From the human T2T-CHM13v2.0 reference genome, Homo sapiens, in NCBI RefSeq assembly GCF_009914755.1, contig NC_060941.1: a stretch of 64,000 nucleotides of DNA; one strand, given 5' to 3'. Of the stretch, positions 41,218-56,166 are shown one piece after another. A program made the position numbers and the translations under genes. Each line of letters opens with the position of its first letter. The first letter of the stretch is position 1. The notes below the pieces were generated by a model. That model did no database searches. It was not told the origin of the DNA and saw only the letters and a list, made by a program, of their open reading frames with translations.

Positions 41218-41321
41218 GAGCAGGAGCCTAGAGCACCTCCCGAGGCCCCAGGGTCCCCTTTTCCCCAGAGAGCAGGAGCCTAGAGCACCTCCCGAGGCCC
41301 CGGGATACCCTTTTCCCCAGA
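41218..41321 (+). repeat. Tandem duplication, 52-bp unit x2
   Basis: gagcaggagcctagagcacctcccgaggcccc...ccttttccccaga repeated. Confidence 0.92.
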
Positions 41322-42129
41322 CAGCTATGCCGCCTGCTGATTTCCCAGGCCAGCCTGCCCATCTGGGCTGACACAAGAGATGGGCTGAGCCAGCATTTCA
41401 GTGTCTGTGTCCTTGTCTGAGCCTCCAAGCTGTGCCACAAGGCTGACAACAGAGCTTGGCCAGCCCATATCATAGAATAAGAAAGCTCAGAGGTGGAGGA
41501 GTTCCCCCAAGGCCCACAGCAAGCCACCTGCTCAGTCAGGGTTCCACCCCAGCTCAGCTGGCTGCAAGCCTCACTTTTTAATGACAGGTCCTCTGCTGCT
41601 AGAAAGCCCCCAAAAGTCAGAGCCAAAAACAGCCTCTAGACCAGGCTCTTAACTTTACAGATAGAAAATGTGAGTCCCAGACAGGGGAAGGAACATGTCC
41701 AAGGTCACACAGCAGAAGTGTCACCCAGGGTTCTGAGCTAGGCAGGGTAAGAATATGCCTGGGGTGAAAAGGGCTGTGCCTGCACCCCAGAGTCATGTTC
41801 AGGTTGTTAAAAATGCAGACAGTCAGGTGGCCAAAGGCAAGGAATAGATTAGTTTACAACCCTGCCGCTAGCTCCCAGTTCAGGCAAAATGCAGCTTAAA
41901 TGCTCCAGCCCATCACTCATGAGACCCCACTGTAAACTGGGTCCCCTCCCCAACAGGCCTGTCCCCTTGCTGGTCCCTACATCTCCATCCATTTCCAATC
42001 TCTGCCTGAATTTCCACATATGTCCTCTCTTCCTACCCAAACCCCTCATGTTCTTTAAGGCCAAGCCTCAGTTCCACATATGGTTTATGCAGATTCCTGC
42101 AGACTGTGTGGCACAAAGTAGGTGCTCAA

Positions 42130-42520
42130 TGAAGGAAGGAAGCACAGAGGGAGGGAGGATGGAGAGTAAGAGGAGGGAGGACAGAAGGAGGACAGAGGGA
42201 GGGAGGAGGGAGAGCAGGAGGAAGGGAAAGGGAAGAGGGTAAGGGAATGTAGAAGAGGGATGGATGGATGGATGGATGGATGGATGGATGGACATATAGA
42301 CGGATGGATGGATGGATGGATGGCAGGTGGACAGATGGATAGATGAGTGGAAGGAAGAGAAGAACGAGGGAAAGTGGAGGGATGAACGGCTGGGGAGTGA
42401 TCAGACAGGGAAGTAGATGAATGGATGAATGGAAGGAAGGGAATAATAATGGGTAAAAGGATAGAGGGATGAACAGGAGGTGGGTGGATGGTGGGTAGGC
42501 AGGTGGGTGAAGGATGGTGG
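42130..42520. repeat. GA-rich low-complexity tract with (GGAT)n
   Basis: Purine-rich tract; (GGAT)n at 42258-42322. Confidence 0.9.
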
Positions 42521-44455
42521 AGCACTGAGAAAGGACAGCCAGCCCAGCTGGGGGCAGAGGGGGCCAGCATCCTAGAGGAGCTCTTAACTGATCTGAACCT
42601 TGAAGATGAGTAGATGCTGAGCAAGCAGCGGAAGTGAGGATAGACATCCCATTTGCCCAAGGAAGCACCCAGGCAAAGTGCAGACGTGTGAAAGACTGGT
42701 CTGATGGAAACTGCAAGCAGTTATGTATTGTTAGAGTTCACAGCTCAAGGCTGGGCCTGCCCGATGAAACTGAGAGCCTTAGGCCAGGTGGTGATAAAGG
42801 TGCTGGGAAGCTCAGACTTTATCCTGATGACACTGGAGCCACTGAAGGGTCCTAAGCTGGTGAGTGATGCTGTCGGATGTTTCACAAAGGCCACCCTGGT
42901 CTCCATGCAGAACATACTTTGCCGTGGTGTGGGGGACCAGTAGGGAGAATTTGCCATATCCAGGTAAGGGATGTTGTTGGCTCAGACCTCTCCTCTCCCA
43001 GGAAGCCCCACCCCATCAGCTCAGGTCACCTGGCTTTCTCCCCATCTCTCAGACCTCCCACTGCCTCTGTGATCTGTGCCCCCACCCTTGATTATACCTC
43101 CCCATAGTGCCTTAGGGGGCCACAAAGTGTTTTTCACATAGTCAGTCCTCAGTGTTACTCTGGTCTGATGCAGGAGACACAACCCTTGCCCGTGGGCTGT
43201 CCAGTCTGATGGAGGAGGGTTGCAGAGCCCAGAGTTTTCCCTGTGCCATAGGCTGAGGGGAGCCAGGAGCACAGGAGCCACAAGGTGGGGTGGATTAGCA
43301 CACAGAAGTTTTCTTGGAAAGGGTGCGCTTTGACTCAGGTTTTGAAAGAAGGAAGAACCCTGGAGGGTGGAGTGGGGAGAGGGCGTGGCTGTGGGAACTC
43401 CAGCACAGTGGTGAGTTGCGGGGAGAGTCAGCACCTGGGAGTCGGAATGTCTGTGTCAGGAGTCCTGAGCTCTGGTCGGCAGGACAGAGGGAAAGGGAAA
43501 GAGGAAGGGAAGGGGTCGCCGAGTAGTTCTAGCCTCATGGATAGAAAGAGTCATTTCCCACAGTCAGAGATGTGGGAACAGATTCAGCATCTTGCACCCC
43601 ACCTCCCTCCCCCAGACGGGATACCGCATGGGATCAAGGAAGGAGCAGGGCCTCCCGATCAGAAAGACCAGCTTTCAAGTCTTGGCTCCATCACTGACGA
43701 GCCATGTGACCTTGGACAGGCCATTGCAGCCGTCCAAGCTTTGGTTTTCCATCAAATAGGAATAGAACCAGTTCAGCCTGGCAGGATTATTGAGAGGAGT
43801 GGGTAAGTCAGGGCAGGTGGCCAGCATGGTACTGGGCACAGAGGAAGTGTTTGGTAAAAGTTCACTTAAATTAAGCCCAAGTTAGACCAAAGGGAGTGGG
43901 GGATGCAAATGGAGAACAGGTGTCAAGGTTCAGCCAAAGACCTTGAGGCAGAGAACAGAGAAGAGTCCAGGATGTTACTGGAGCTCCTGTTGCAGGAGCT
44001 GGGAGCTGCTGAGGTCAGCCGGCCAGGTGATGGGCTGGTGAGTCTGCAAGGGCCTGGCCAGGGTGGAGGCTGTGGGAATAGGGCAGGCCTGGAAACTGAT
44101 GAGGAAGAGTCAGCGGATGGTTTAGGTGTGAGGGGAGAAGGCCTGGGAGCTTCCAGCAGGGCCCACATTCTGTGGCTGGAATGAGGGGATGGGGAAGCAG
44201 CCTCTCAGGTTTCAATGAGGCCATCCTGGTTGTCAGTGCAATATTTGCAAAAAAATGACCATTTCTGTCTCCCAGTTCCAAAAGAGGGCATGGATGGCTT
44301 ATGATAAAAGACATATTTATAATAAAACTAAAAATATCCAGCAAGGATAGAAGAAAAATAAATCAAGAATTAGGTAACAGGATATATTGATGGGCACATT
44401 TTGGTTGCAAGCAACGGAAACTCAGCTTGAATTAGCTTCTAAAAGAGGCAATTCA

Positions 44456-44765
<310 letters not shown>

Positions 44766-44789
44766 AATCAATAAAACAATAAACCAAGC

Positions 44790-45168
44790 CCCAATTTATA
44801 ACATTTATTTTTTTCGTGTTGTAAATACCCCCACTGTGGCCAATTTCAAGCAACCAACAGGGAGTCACTTAACACAGGGTTGGGAAGAGACGTGCAGTAG
44901 CTCACTGCCTTATAGCATGTCCACCATATGGATAAAATGGTCATAAGTACCTCAAGAGCACAGATATTAGTACAATGTAGTAAAATAATTTGGAAGGAAT
45001 GAGTTTTCAGTATGCATTACCTTTGTTCTCAATATAATTCATTTAATTTTAAGTTCGTATAATTTAATTTTTGATGAGGGCCATATTTAACAATCACCTT
45101 GCAAAATTCCTGAAATTTTAATGTCCAGCTCTCAAGAGCCAGCATGAGCCAGCTCCAGCGTGCCAATG
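44790..45168 (-). mobile_element. MER63-type hAT-Blackjack DNA transposon
   Basis: Minus strand reads cattggcacgctggagctggctc...aaatttcaggaattttgc, resembling the MER63 terminus (recall). Confidence 0.55.
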
Positions 45169-45667
45169 AGCCTCGAGGTTTAGGCCATAAGCAAGAGACT
45201 AGGAGGGACAAAGGGAAAGCTTCTGGATAAAACAAAGTGAAAGAGGGAAAACCAGATTGGGGGAGGATATTGGTGAGGGAAGGGGAAGAAGAGTTGGTGG
45301 GCCCCCACGGTCAGGGAGACAGCCTAGGTGGACAGGAGCAGAGGCAGCATCCAGAGGCTGCGCAGCCTTCACAAGGCAGACCAGGCACTGTCTGCCTCCC
45401 AGGGAGCCACATGGGAGCCCCATGGGGGTATCCAAGTCTGTGCTGCCTCGTTATCTCAATTATCTCATCAGTGTTCTGTTGGTTGTTCTCTCTGTCAGCA
45501 TCTAGCGAGGACTGTTCTACTGCAGCACTCAGTGTGCATCTGTCCTTTGACTGTCCCAGCTTGAGTGATGTCTGTGTGTCCCAAGACTTTGGTTACTCCC
45601 CATCTAACTTAACCCATATGAACAACACCCCCTTCAAAGAACCGGAGGAGTGATTGGGGGAAAGGAA

Positions 45668-46885
45668 ATGATGGTGCTGGGGGTGTTGGAGGTACTGGAG
45701 GTAGCGGTGGTGGTGGTGGTGGTGGTGGTGGTGATGGAGATGGAGATGGTGGTAATGATGGTGGTGATTGTGGTGGTCATTGTGGTGATGGTGGTAGTGG
45801 TAATGGTGGTGATGATGTGGTGGTGGTGGTAGTGGGGGTGGGGGTGGTGATGGTGGTAATGATGGCAGTGATTATGGTGGTGATGGCAGTGATGGTGGTA
45901 GTGGTGATGGTGGTGGTGATGGTGGTGGTGATGGTGGTGGTGGTGGTAGTGGTGGTGGGGGTGGTGATTTCAGTGGTGGTGGTGGTGGTGGTGCAGGGGC
46001 GAGTGGTGATGGTGGGGGTGATGGTGGTGGGGGGTATTGGTGTGGTGCTGGTGATTGTGGTGGTGATGGTAGGGATGGTGGTAGTGGTGATGGTGGTGAT
46101 GGTGGTGGTGGGGGGGTGGGGGTGGTGATGGTGCGGATGATGGTGGTGGGGGTATTGGTGTGGTGCTGGTGATTGTGGTGGTGATGGTAGGGATAGTGGT
46201 AGTGGTAATGGTGGTGGTGGTGGTGGAGGTGGCGGTGGTGATGGTGGTGGTGATGGTGGTAATTATGGTAATTATGGTATTGGTGGTGGTGGTGGTGATT
46301 ATGGTGGTGATGGTAGGGATGGTGGTAGTGTTAATGGTGGGGGTGATGGTGGTGGGGGTATTGGTGTGGTGCTAGTGGTTGTGGTGGTGATGGTAGGGAT
46401 AATGGTGGTGGTGGTGGTGGTGGTGATGGTGGTGGTGGTGATGGTGGTAATTATGGTAATTATGGTATTGGTGGTGGTGTTGGTGATTGTAGTGGCAATG
46501 GTAGGGATGGTGGTAGTGGTAATGGTGGTGATGATGATGGTGGTGGTGGTGATGGTGGTAATAATGGCAGTGATTATGGTGGTGATGGTAGTGGTAATGG
46601 TGGTGGTGATGGTAGTGATGGTGGTAGTGATAATTGTGATGGTGGTGATTGTAGTGGTGGTGGGGGTGGTAATGGTGGTGGTGGGGGTGGTAATGGTGGT
46701 GGTGGGGGTGTTGGTGGTTGTGATGGTGATGGTGGTAGTGGTAATGATGGTGGTGATGGTGGTGGGGGGATATTGGTAGTGGTGGTGGTGGTAATGATAG
46801 TGATGATTATGGTGGTGATGGTGGTGGTGGTCATGGTGGTGGGAGTGGTGATGATGAGGGTGGTGATGGTGGTGCTGGTGGTGTT
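45668..46885 (+). repeat. 1.2-kb degenerate (GGT/GAT)n trinucleotide tract with higher-order repeats
   Basis: Almost C-free GGT/GAT/GTA triplets; recurring landmarks ggtattggtgtggtgct and aattatggtaattatggtatt. Confidence 0.95.
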
Positions 46886-49126
46886 AGAGAAGGTAAGTAT
46901 GACAATGAAACCCCTGAGTCAAGTCTCTTGTTCTGTAGAACAGAACAGAACCAGTTTAAGCAGTCATCACCTTGAGCTAGCTTAGGGGTAAAACATACCC
47001 TCTTACAGTCTCATTCCACCAAAGTTAACATGTATTGAGGACTTACCAGGGGCCAGGTCTTAACTTCATCATGTCTTCTAATCCTCAGAGCAACACTAAG
47101 GCAGGTAGGGAGTGGGGCTGGGGTTCAAGCCCAGGCAGATCTGCTCCTGGGGGTGGGTGGGGGGTGGTTATTCTCACTGTAGAGAACTCACTAAGGCTGC
47201 AATTCTTGTGGCCATGTGGGCAGATAGGGCAAACACCAGCCACTGTTTAAGCCTCTGTAGGTCCACAGCCCAGTCCCCACCCACTTACCTAGAAGAGGAG
47301 GAGAGAGAGAGGAAGCGTCAGCCAAGGCCCAGCTATTGAGAAAGAGCTCAGCCAGTAGGGGTACTGCCCATCCCCTCACACATCAAAGGCACCTCTAGGG
47401 GAAGGAGGACAAAAAGCACCATTGCCTGTGTAGGTGCTGTAAATAAGTATCTTATTTAAGGCCAAGGTGGCTCCTGACTTATCACTGAATCCCCACCCTG
47501 CCCCCACCCCAAACCCAGCACAACACCTGGCCCAGAACAGCCTCTAAGTGGACTTGGACTGAATTCACTGGCCTACTGCTAGCACCCACCTTCTCTGCAA
47601 GCCTGATCAAGTCAAACAAGACCAGGGATCTTCTCACCAGGGAAGATCTATGCAGAGGCGGCACAGGGTTGGGGGTGCAGGGCATTCTGACACCCCACCT
47701 ACTGGTCACGCACCCTTGAGTAAGTCGCTCAGCCTCCCTGAGCCTCAATTTCCTCACCTGTAAAATGGGATGAGTCAGGTGTGTGGAGATAGCGAGGAGG
47801 CCTTGCAGGGAGCATGCAGGGAGAAGGCATTTGCTCCAGCTCATCTTTAGGAAGCAGAACACAGCTGCCTGTCTGCAGCCTTGCTGCCAGAATCAAATCA
47901 GGCAATAAAGGGTTGGGCAACATTAAAAATTGTCAAACAGGAGAGGGAAGCAACAAAAAATGTTTATTGGGTACATACTGTGTGTTTTATCCACCCTTTA
48001 TCTCCTCTATTCCTCAAATGAACTCCTTCAGATAAATACTAATACCCTAAATGTACGGATGAGGAAAATGAAACTCACAGAGACCAGGGGCGGGTGGAGG
48101 ATCCCTCCAAGTTCACGCTGGAAGTTCAGCTTCAGGTTAGCCTCTGCCCTCCCCCCAGCTATTCGACACTACCTCCTGCAAAGGACTGTGATCTGATCTT
48201 TTTAAAAAATGTTTTCTCTTGGTTATCAGTTTTAATTTGTATAGTTATATTATTATCTAAGCATAAAGTAAATTAAAAATCTATTTTATGATCACATAAA
48301 ATTGACAGGCCAGAATATTAGTGCATGCAATCTGTTTCTAATTAGGAAGTCGATGTGGTATTCAACAAATTAATTGATTCTTTGGTTCTTAAATTGTTGT
48401 TTAGTTTCTTTATTCATATACACACACACACACAATTTTATGTACATGTATTAAAATGTGTGTGCACTCTTTTTGTTCCTTTCCTGTTTTTCTTGGCTCC
48501 CCTTTTCCCCTCAACCACTGCCACCCACATCAGCCTTCAACCCCACCCCCACAGTAATCTATGTTCATAACTCTGTATGTATCTTTTCATATTGTTGGTG
48601 CTTATATAATCTCACAGACACATGCACATGCATTTACATAAATGAGGGATGAGGGGTTGGCTGTTTATTTCACATAAGTGAAATCAATATCCTACATGTA
48701 CATTTCTGCATTCCACATTTCTCTCTCTCCAATCCCTGGAGGAATCCCTCCTTGCCATCCAATAAATAGCTCCAATTTATTGACTATAATGGCTGCTTAA
48801 TACTCCAGGGTAGCAGTGGACCATTATTTATTCCACCTGTCCACTATCAACTTTTAAAAATGTGTTTGCCACCTTCTGTCACTACAAATAAACAGCAGTA
48901 AATATCTTTGCACATATGCCTTTTTATACTGGTCTGTTATTTCTATTAATTTAAAATTAAGTGAAGTCCCTTAAATAATTTGAAAGTCATCTTTGCTGTA
49001 TAATCACATATAACAAAGCTGGAAAAGAACCTGGTAGAATAAAAGGTCTGGTGACAGAACAATGGATGAGTGTTTTCATTTTCTATATTTCCTTTTGTTT
49101 CGTCACACTATTCATATGGTAGATAA

Positions 49127-49458
<332 letters not shown>

Positions 49459-50801
49459 GACGCATGAGTTTTATGTGTAACAATCCTAACATGGTAGGAG
49501 AAAGAGGGACCCTTGCAATCAACAGTGTGTTAACTAGGGGTGAAGTCAGAAATGGCGTCTCCTGGATAGCTGCCACTATTGCTTTAACACCCCTTGATCT
49601 GCTCAAAGCCCTTCGGGGGTCTTGGACTGTTGGGGATTCCAGGATGCAGACAGCACATCAGAGGAGGGGCCAGATAAGGAGCTCCACTGCCTCATGCCTC
49701 AGTTCTGTAGATGGGGCTCCATCCCTCCAGGGCTCAAGAAGATATTTGCTTTCACATCCATGCCAGCTTGTCAATACCTACCCATGGAGACCTCCCTGTG
49801 CCAACACAATGAGAAGCACATGGAACCCAGAGAAGCCTGCCCTCAAGAAATTCTTCTGAGCAAGTTCTGTGGAGTCCTGAAAGAGCAGAGACTTCTAAAC
49901 CAAACCTCCACGGCCTGACTCCACAAGTCTTTACTGAGTGTCCTTTATGGGCTGGGTACCATCCAGGGGCTGTTGGTAACTAGCAAAACAAAAGTTTCAT
50001 TACTGTTTATGTTTCGGGGAGCAGACAGAAGGTCTTAAACAACAAGCTACAGCAGTGAAAAGACAAGCACAAGAAATTGCTTATCTCATACACTAGGAGG
50101 GACACTGAGCTTATTAGAGCTCTCAGAAACAATGGACCCAAAGAAAGCAGAGCTTTACAAGCATACCACTCATTCATTTACAACAGCAGATGCACTTTAT
50201 GGGCTGCCATTAATTCTCACTCTAGTCATTGTTTTTGCACCTCATGCAATTATCTAAAACAATATTTGCCGAACTTTGACAGTAAGTCAAGCATAAGGAA
50301 TCTGAAGGTACCTTCAAATTAGACAGATTTCAAGGAACACTGGGAGTTCTCAACCTTCTCAGCTCAGGTGCCAGGATCTTAGGAAGTGGGAAAGACCAGG
50401 CAAGAGCAAAAGGCAGTCTGATTTGGGGCTTGAATCATAGTTTGAGAAATCCAGGCAGCAAGCCATTTCCAGATGGAAATTCTGGTTCCCTTATTGAAGG
50501 GAAAACTCATATTTCTGCACAATATTGTCCTTCTGTTTAAAAGGGGCTCATGATTTGTTTCTACAAGATAACAGCAATGAAGAAGACATAAGTGATTCCT
50601 GCTCTCCGGGAGTTTTGCTAAGTGACTGTGAGACCCCAAGAAAGTTTTTTTTTTAATTTTCCTTTAACTACTGTAAACCTGAATTTCTGCATCTGTCAGG
50701 TAGAGGCCTTTCGTGATGAGCTTTCCAAGGATCTGCTCCTGGGGGTTAGGCACTCGGAAGATACGGGTACAGACAACTTCTTTAAAATAGCACCCATGCC
50801 C

Positions 50802-51229
<428 letters not shown>

Positions 51230-51832
51230 TTAGTAACCCAGGCCAGGACTATGTCTCTGTGTAAGGGTCCTTCCACAACATCATCTTTAAAAGAATCAGC
51301 TGAATCAATTTACCAAAGAGGTTTTTAAAGATAATACTCACAGTTGATGAGCATGTTTTGAAATAGGCACTCCCATTCCCTGCTGGCAAGATATGCAAAT
51401 TGGCACAATTTCTCTTTAAATCAATTTGGCCATTCAAATCGAGAATCTTAAAACATCTGTATCTTCTCATCTAGTATACATCTAGGAATCTAGCCTAAGG
51501 AAATAATCAAAAATATTTGTGGGAGCTGAGGCAGGAGAATCGCTTGAACTCGGGCAGCAGAGGTTGCAGTGAGCCAAGATCATGACATTGCACTATCCAG
51601 CCTGGGCGACACAGTGAGACTCTGTCTCAAAAAAAAAAAAAAAGAATGAAAAATGGTATAGACATTTAGTGTAATTGTTGTTGTAATTATAGTTGGTAAG
51701 ATATGTTTACTTCATTTTTACTTCATTTATACATATATATGTATAAGTACATAAATATATATGCATAAATGTATTTTATTTATATATATATGCATAAATG
51801 TATATATGTATAAATGTGTATATATATGTACA

Positions 51833-52149
51833 CAGTCACGGATTACTTTACAACAGGAACGCATTCTGAGAAATGCATTATTAAATAATTTTGTCATTGT
51901 GTGAACACCATACAGTGTACTTACAAAGACCTACATGGTATAACCTACTTCATACCAAGGCTAGATGGTATAGCCTATTGCTCCTAGGCTATAAACTTGA
52001 ACAGCAGGTTACTGTGCTGAATACTATAGGCAATTGTAACTCAGTGGTTGGTATTTGTGTATCTAAACCTATCTAAACACAGAAAAAGTACAGTAAAAAT
52101 GTAGTATTATAATCTTATGGGACCACTCGTGTGTATGTGTGTGTGTATG

Positions 52150-52211
<62 letters not shown>

Positions 52212-52256
52212 ATCCATCACTGAAAAACAACATGTTGTTATATGGTGCATGAGTGT
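51833..52256 (-). mobile_element. Tigger3/MER7-type DNA transposon containing a (TA)n microsatellite (52148-52209)
   Basis: attctgagaaatgc, tatagcctattgctcctaggcta, attataatcttatgggacca motifs; TA-flanked ends. Confidence 0.75.
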
Positions 52257-52489
52257 ATATATAGAGAGACAGAGAGAAAAACTTGTAAAAATACTATCAG
52301 TGGTTACCTTTGGTATCGAGATTTGGGGTTCGCTCTGAGTCATAGGCTCACCCTAGGGCTTGGGAGACAGGGTGACCAGAAAAAGGGAAACACATTCGCT
52401 AAACAACCAATAATGCCAACAATGATTGTGCATTATAGAGTAATGAATCAGGCTCAGCAGCCTTGAAAGATGAATATGGTTTTGTCATG

Positions 52490-55330
52490 TAAAGCAGAGA
52501 CTTCAGATTAAACTCAGGTTAAACTTGCAGTTTATCTTCACCTCCTAAACACTACTAAAATTACTATAAATGGATAAAATCCATGGGGTCAAAGAGATCA
52601 GGAAAGTAGATTATAGCAATCAAGTTTTGGAATCTGGAAAACAAAGACAAATAAAGCCCAGCGCTTGCCCAGAGGGAAGCCAAGAGGCAAAGCATATTTA
52701 CACTCTGGAACTTTTTAACTCTGAATTTTTAAGAACTCTGGAAACTCTCTGGAATAGGGGGCACCAGGTACCTCTGACAGTGAGGAACAAGTGAACTAGA
52801 AATGGGAGGGTGAGCTAGAGATCTGTATAAAAAGCAGAGAGGCGGCCGGGCACGGTGGCTCATGCCTATAATCCCAGCACTTTGGGAGACCGAGGCAGGT
52901 GGATCACGAGGTCGGGAGATTGAGGCCATCCTGGCTAACACGGTGAAACCCCGTCTCTACTAAAAATACAAAAAATTAGCCAGGTGTGGCGGTGGGCACC
53001 TGTAGTCCCAGCTACTCAGGAGATTGAGGCAGGAGAATGGTGTGAACCCGAGAGGCGGAGCTTGCAGTGAGCCGAGATGGTGCTACTGCACTCCAGCCTG
53101 GGGGACAGAGCGAGACACCATCTCGGAAAAAAAAAAAAAAGCAGAGAGGCCCCTGTAGCTCCTCTCTCCCCTCCTTGTCTGATCCCAACCACTCCACGAT
53201 TACTCCAGGAGAAACTAGATGTTTATGCTGGAGAATTTCCCCAGAGGGACTCTGAATCCTGAGACACCAAGAAGGGCCAATAAACTATAATCAATTAGTA
53301 ACAGAGTAGCTGAGACTGAGACCTTCTCTGCCCCCTTCCCGCACTCAGCTTCCAGAAAGCTGGTAGCTTTTACAATCCAGACAGAAAATTAGAGGTATTC
53401 CTTCTGGGGAAGACCCTACCCAAGAAAAGTCCTACAGATAACTGTTCCCCATTGAAACAGCTTATTCTCCACCAGATTACTCTATACTGAGACCTATCAG
53501 TGGCAAGCTCCCATGCTATCCACACACATATACACATATTCCAATCAGTTTCTCAGTGACTTACTCTTAAATATGAACGACTACCAAGGACCACTAGACA
53601 TCTGAGAAAAGCCTCTGGCATGAAAGATGGAGGCAAGACAAACAGCAAGAAAGGAACTGAGGAAACTGAGCCGATGACAGAAATAGAAGCATTGCTGGAG
53701 CCAGGACTAATAGGCTCAAAGAGATAGAGAAACTATTGCATCTTGAAACAAGAACAAGAGACTGTTGAAAAAACATGCAGAGCTATGAGATATGAAAAAT
53801 ATAAAAGACTGCTGTTGTTTTTAAGACAGGATCTCACTCTGTTGCCCAGGCTAGAATGCGATGGTGTGATCTCAGCTCACTGCAGCCTCGACTTCCCAGT
53901 CTCAAGTGATCCGCCCACCTCAGACTCCCTAGCAGCTGGGACTACAGGCACAAGCCACCACATCCAGCTAATTTTTGTATGTTTTGTAGAGACAGGGTCT
54001 CACTATGTTGCCCAGGCTGGTCTCGAACTCCTGGGCTCAAGCAATCCAACCACCTTGGCCTCCAAAACTGCTGGGATTACAGGCATGAGTTGCTGTGCCC
54101 GGCCAAATACAGCAGATTTTTTAAAACTCTGAATAATGGAGTTAGAGGTCAAAGTTAAAGAAATTTCTCAGAAAACAGCAACAACAACAACAAAGAAAAG
54201 ACAAGATGGAAAATAAAACAGAATACACAGGAAAAAGAGCCATTTCAGAAAGAGAGAAAATGGAGGGAGGAAATCATGAAACACGAAAATTTGCCAGAAT
54301 TGAACAACATGAGCTCCCACATTAGAAGTTTCTGCTAGTGTCCAGCCGGTGGATGAAGTTACAGCTGCATCAATTCAACACATGGTATTTCAGCCTGCTG
54401 GAGAGAAAGAGAAGAACTGAAAAGCTTCTAGGGAGGAGAGTGGGAACAGGATAATAAGAAATGATCTTGAGTCAACGTGGCATAAGACTTCTCAACAGCA
54501 ACACCAGAAGCCAAGAAACAGTGAAACTGTACCTTCAGACGCTGAGTGCAAATGATTTCCAAGCTAGAATTCTATACCCAGCCAAACTATCAGTCAAGAG
54601 TGAAGATAAACTGAAGATCTTTTTGACACAAATGGTCTCAAAAAATTTAACCCCGATAACTCCCTTTCCAGGAAACTACTTGAGGATGTGCTTCACTAAA
54701 ACAAAGGGAAAAATAAAAACAGGAAGGAGGAAGACATTGGATCCAGAAAACAAGGAATGCAACACAGGAAAAAGAAGGAATTTCAGGATGATGGTGAAGA
54801 GAGATTCCAGGATCACAGCTGAGCAGAACACCCAGACAGCACCCAGAACAGACAAGAGCAGGACAGAAGGCCCTAGGAGACACATCTTCATGAGGATGAA
54901 ATTGATGGAACACCCAGGGTTCTAAAATACTGAGGAGATTTATACTTCCAGCAGTGAATCAGGAAACAAATTAATGATCAATACATAGAAAGTTTAGGCA
55001 AATTGAAAAGGAGATATTTATTCCAAGGAAATTTAATATAGCATAAAATGTAACATAGTATAATATATGGTTTGACTATGAATAACATTTAAATAGTCTT
55101 AATAATGTAAACATTTATCTAACAAAAATATGACTATATTGAGAAGGTGGGAAGAAGATATTTAAAAAAGAAGTGGGCAGGCACAATGCTGTATAACAGA
55201 TCTACATCCTCATCCTTCACAGCCAGAAGTCAAGCGATTAAAAACTGAAACACAAAAATCAAACAGTAACAAGGTAAAGCCTGTTATTTAGAAGTAAGGA
55301 GACAAATCCCAAAAGAAACAGCTGAAGTTG
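52490..55330 (+). mobile_element. Old L1M fragments including an ORF1 remnant; interrupted by the Alus at 52843-53140 and 53818-54105 (AluJ, minus)
   Basis: ORF 54461-54925 contains FQARILYPAKLSVKSEDKLKIF, similar to the L1 ORF1p C-terminal FQPRISYPAKLSF motif. Confidence 0.65.
52843..53140 (+). mobile_element. Alu (AluY/Sc-like)
   Basis: Full-length Alu; 14-bp TSD aaaagcagagaggc. Confidence 0.93.
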
Positions 55331-55416
55331 AAAGGGGGAGGCGGGAACAGAGCTGTGATATCCAGTCTGGGGATGGCTTTTTCATTAAAAAAAAAAAAAA
55401 GAAGAAAGAAAGTCTT

Positions 55417-55863
55417 ATTCACAATAGCAAAGACTCGGAACCAACCCAAATGTCCATCAATGATAGACTGGATTAAGAAAATGTGGCACATATACACGTT
55501 GGAATACTATGCAGCCATAAAAAAGGGTGAGTTCATGTCCTTTGCAGGGACATGGATGAAGCTGGAAACCATCATTCTAAGCAAACTATCACAAGGACAG
55601 AAACCCAAACATCACATGTTCTCACTCATAGGTGGGAGTTGAACAATGAGAACACATGGGCACAGGGTGGGGAACATCACACATCGGGGCCTGTCAGGGG
55701 GTGGGGGGCTGTGGGGGGGATAGCATTAGGAGAAATACCTAATGTAAATGATGAGTTGATGGGTGCAGCAAACCAACATGGCACTTGTATACCTATGTAA
55801 CAAACCTGCACATTGTGCACATGTACCCTAGAACTTAAAGAATAAAAAAAAAAAAAAAAAAAA
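55417..55863 (+). mobile_element. 5'-truncated primate L1PA (ORF2 end + 3' UTR + poly-A)
   Basis: Encodes the ORF2p tail FTIAKTRNQPKCPSMIDWIKKMWHIYTLEYYAAIKK; G-rich 3' UTR, AATAAA and A tail. Confidence 0.95.
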
Positions 55864-55869
55864 AGTCTT

Positions 55870-56166
55870 GGCTGGGCGCCATGGCTCACGCCTGTAATCC
55901 CAACACTTTGGGAGGCCAAGACAGGCAGATCACGAGGTCAGGAGATCGAGACCATCCTGGCTAATAAGGTGAAACCCTGTCTCTACTAAAAATACAAAAA
56001 ACAATTAGCCAGGCATGGTGGCAGGTGACTGTAGTCTCAGCTACTCAGGAGGCTGAGGCAGAAGAATGGCATGAACCCTTGAGGTGAAGCTTGCAGTGAA
56101 CCGAGATCACGCCACTGCACTCCAGCCTGGGCGACAGAGCAAGACTCCGTCTAAAAAAAAAAAAAA
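55870..56166 (+). mobile_element. Alu (AluSc-like) directly after the L1PA tail
   Basis: Full-length Alu flanked by aaaagtctt. Confidence 0.93.

Noticed and set aside
39686-41321. Short direct repeats considered as a CRISPR-like array
   Set aside because: Only two units each, no unique spacers, eukaryotic context
42068-42716. Pro/Ser/Ile/His-rich ORFs up to 196 aa
   Set aside because: Products of the (GGAT)n and GA-rich tract
45650-46985. Val/Met-rich and Pro/Thr-rich ORFs resembling membrane or extensin proteins
   Set aside because: Translation of the trinucleotide low-complexity tract
54461-55800. ORFs of 154, 104 and 82 aa
   Set aside because: Remnants of L1 ORF1, ORF2 and the L1 3' UTR, not host genes
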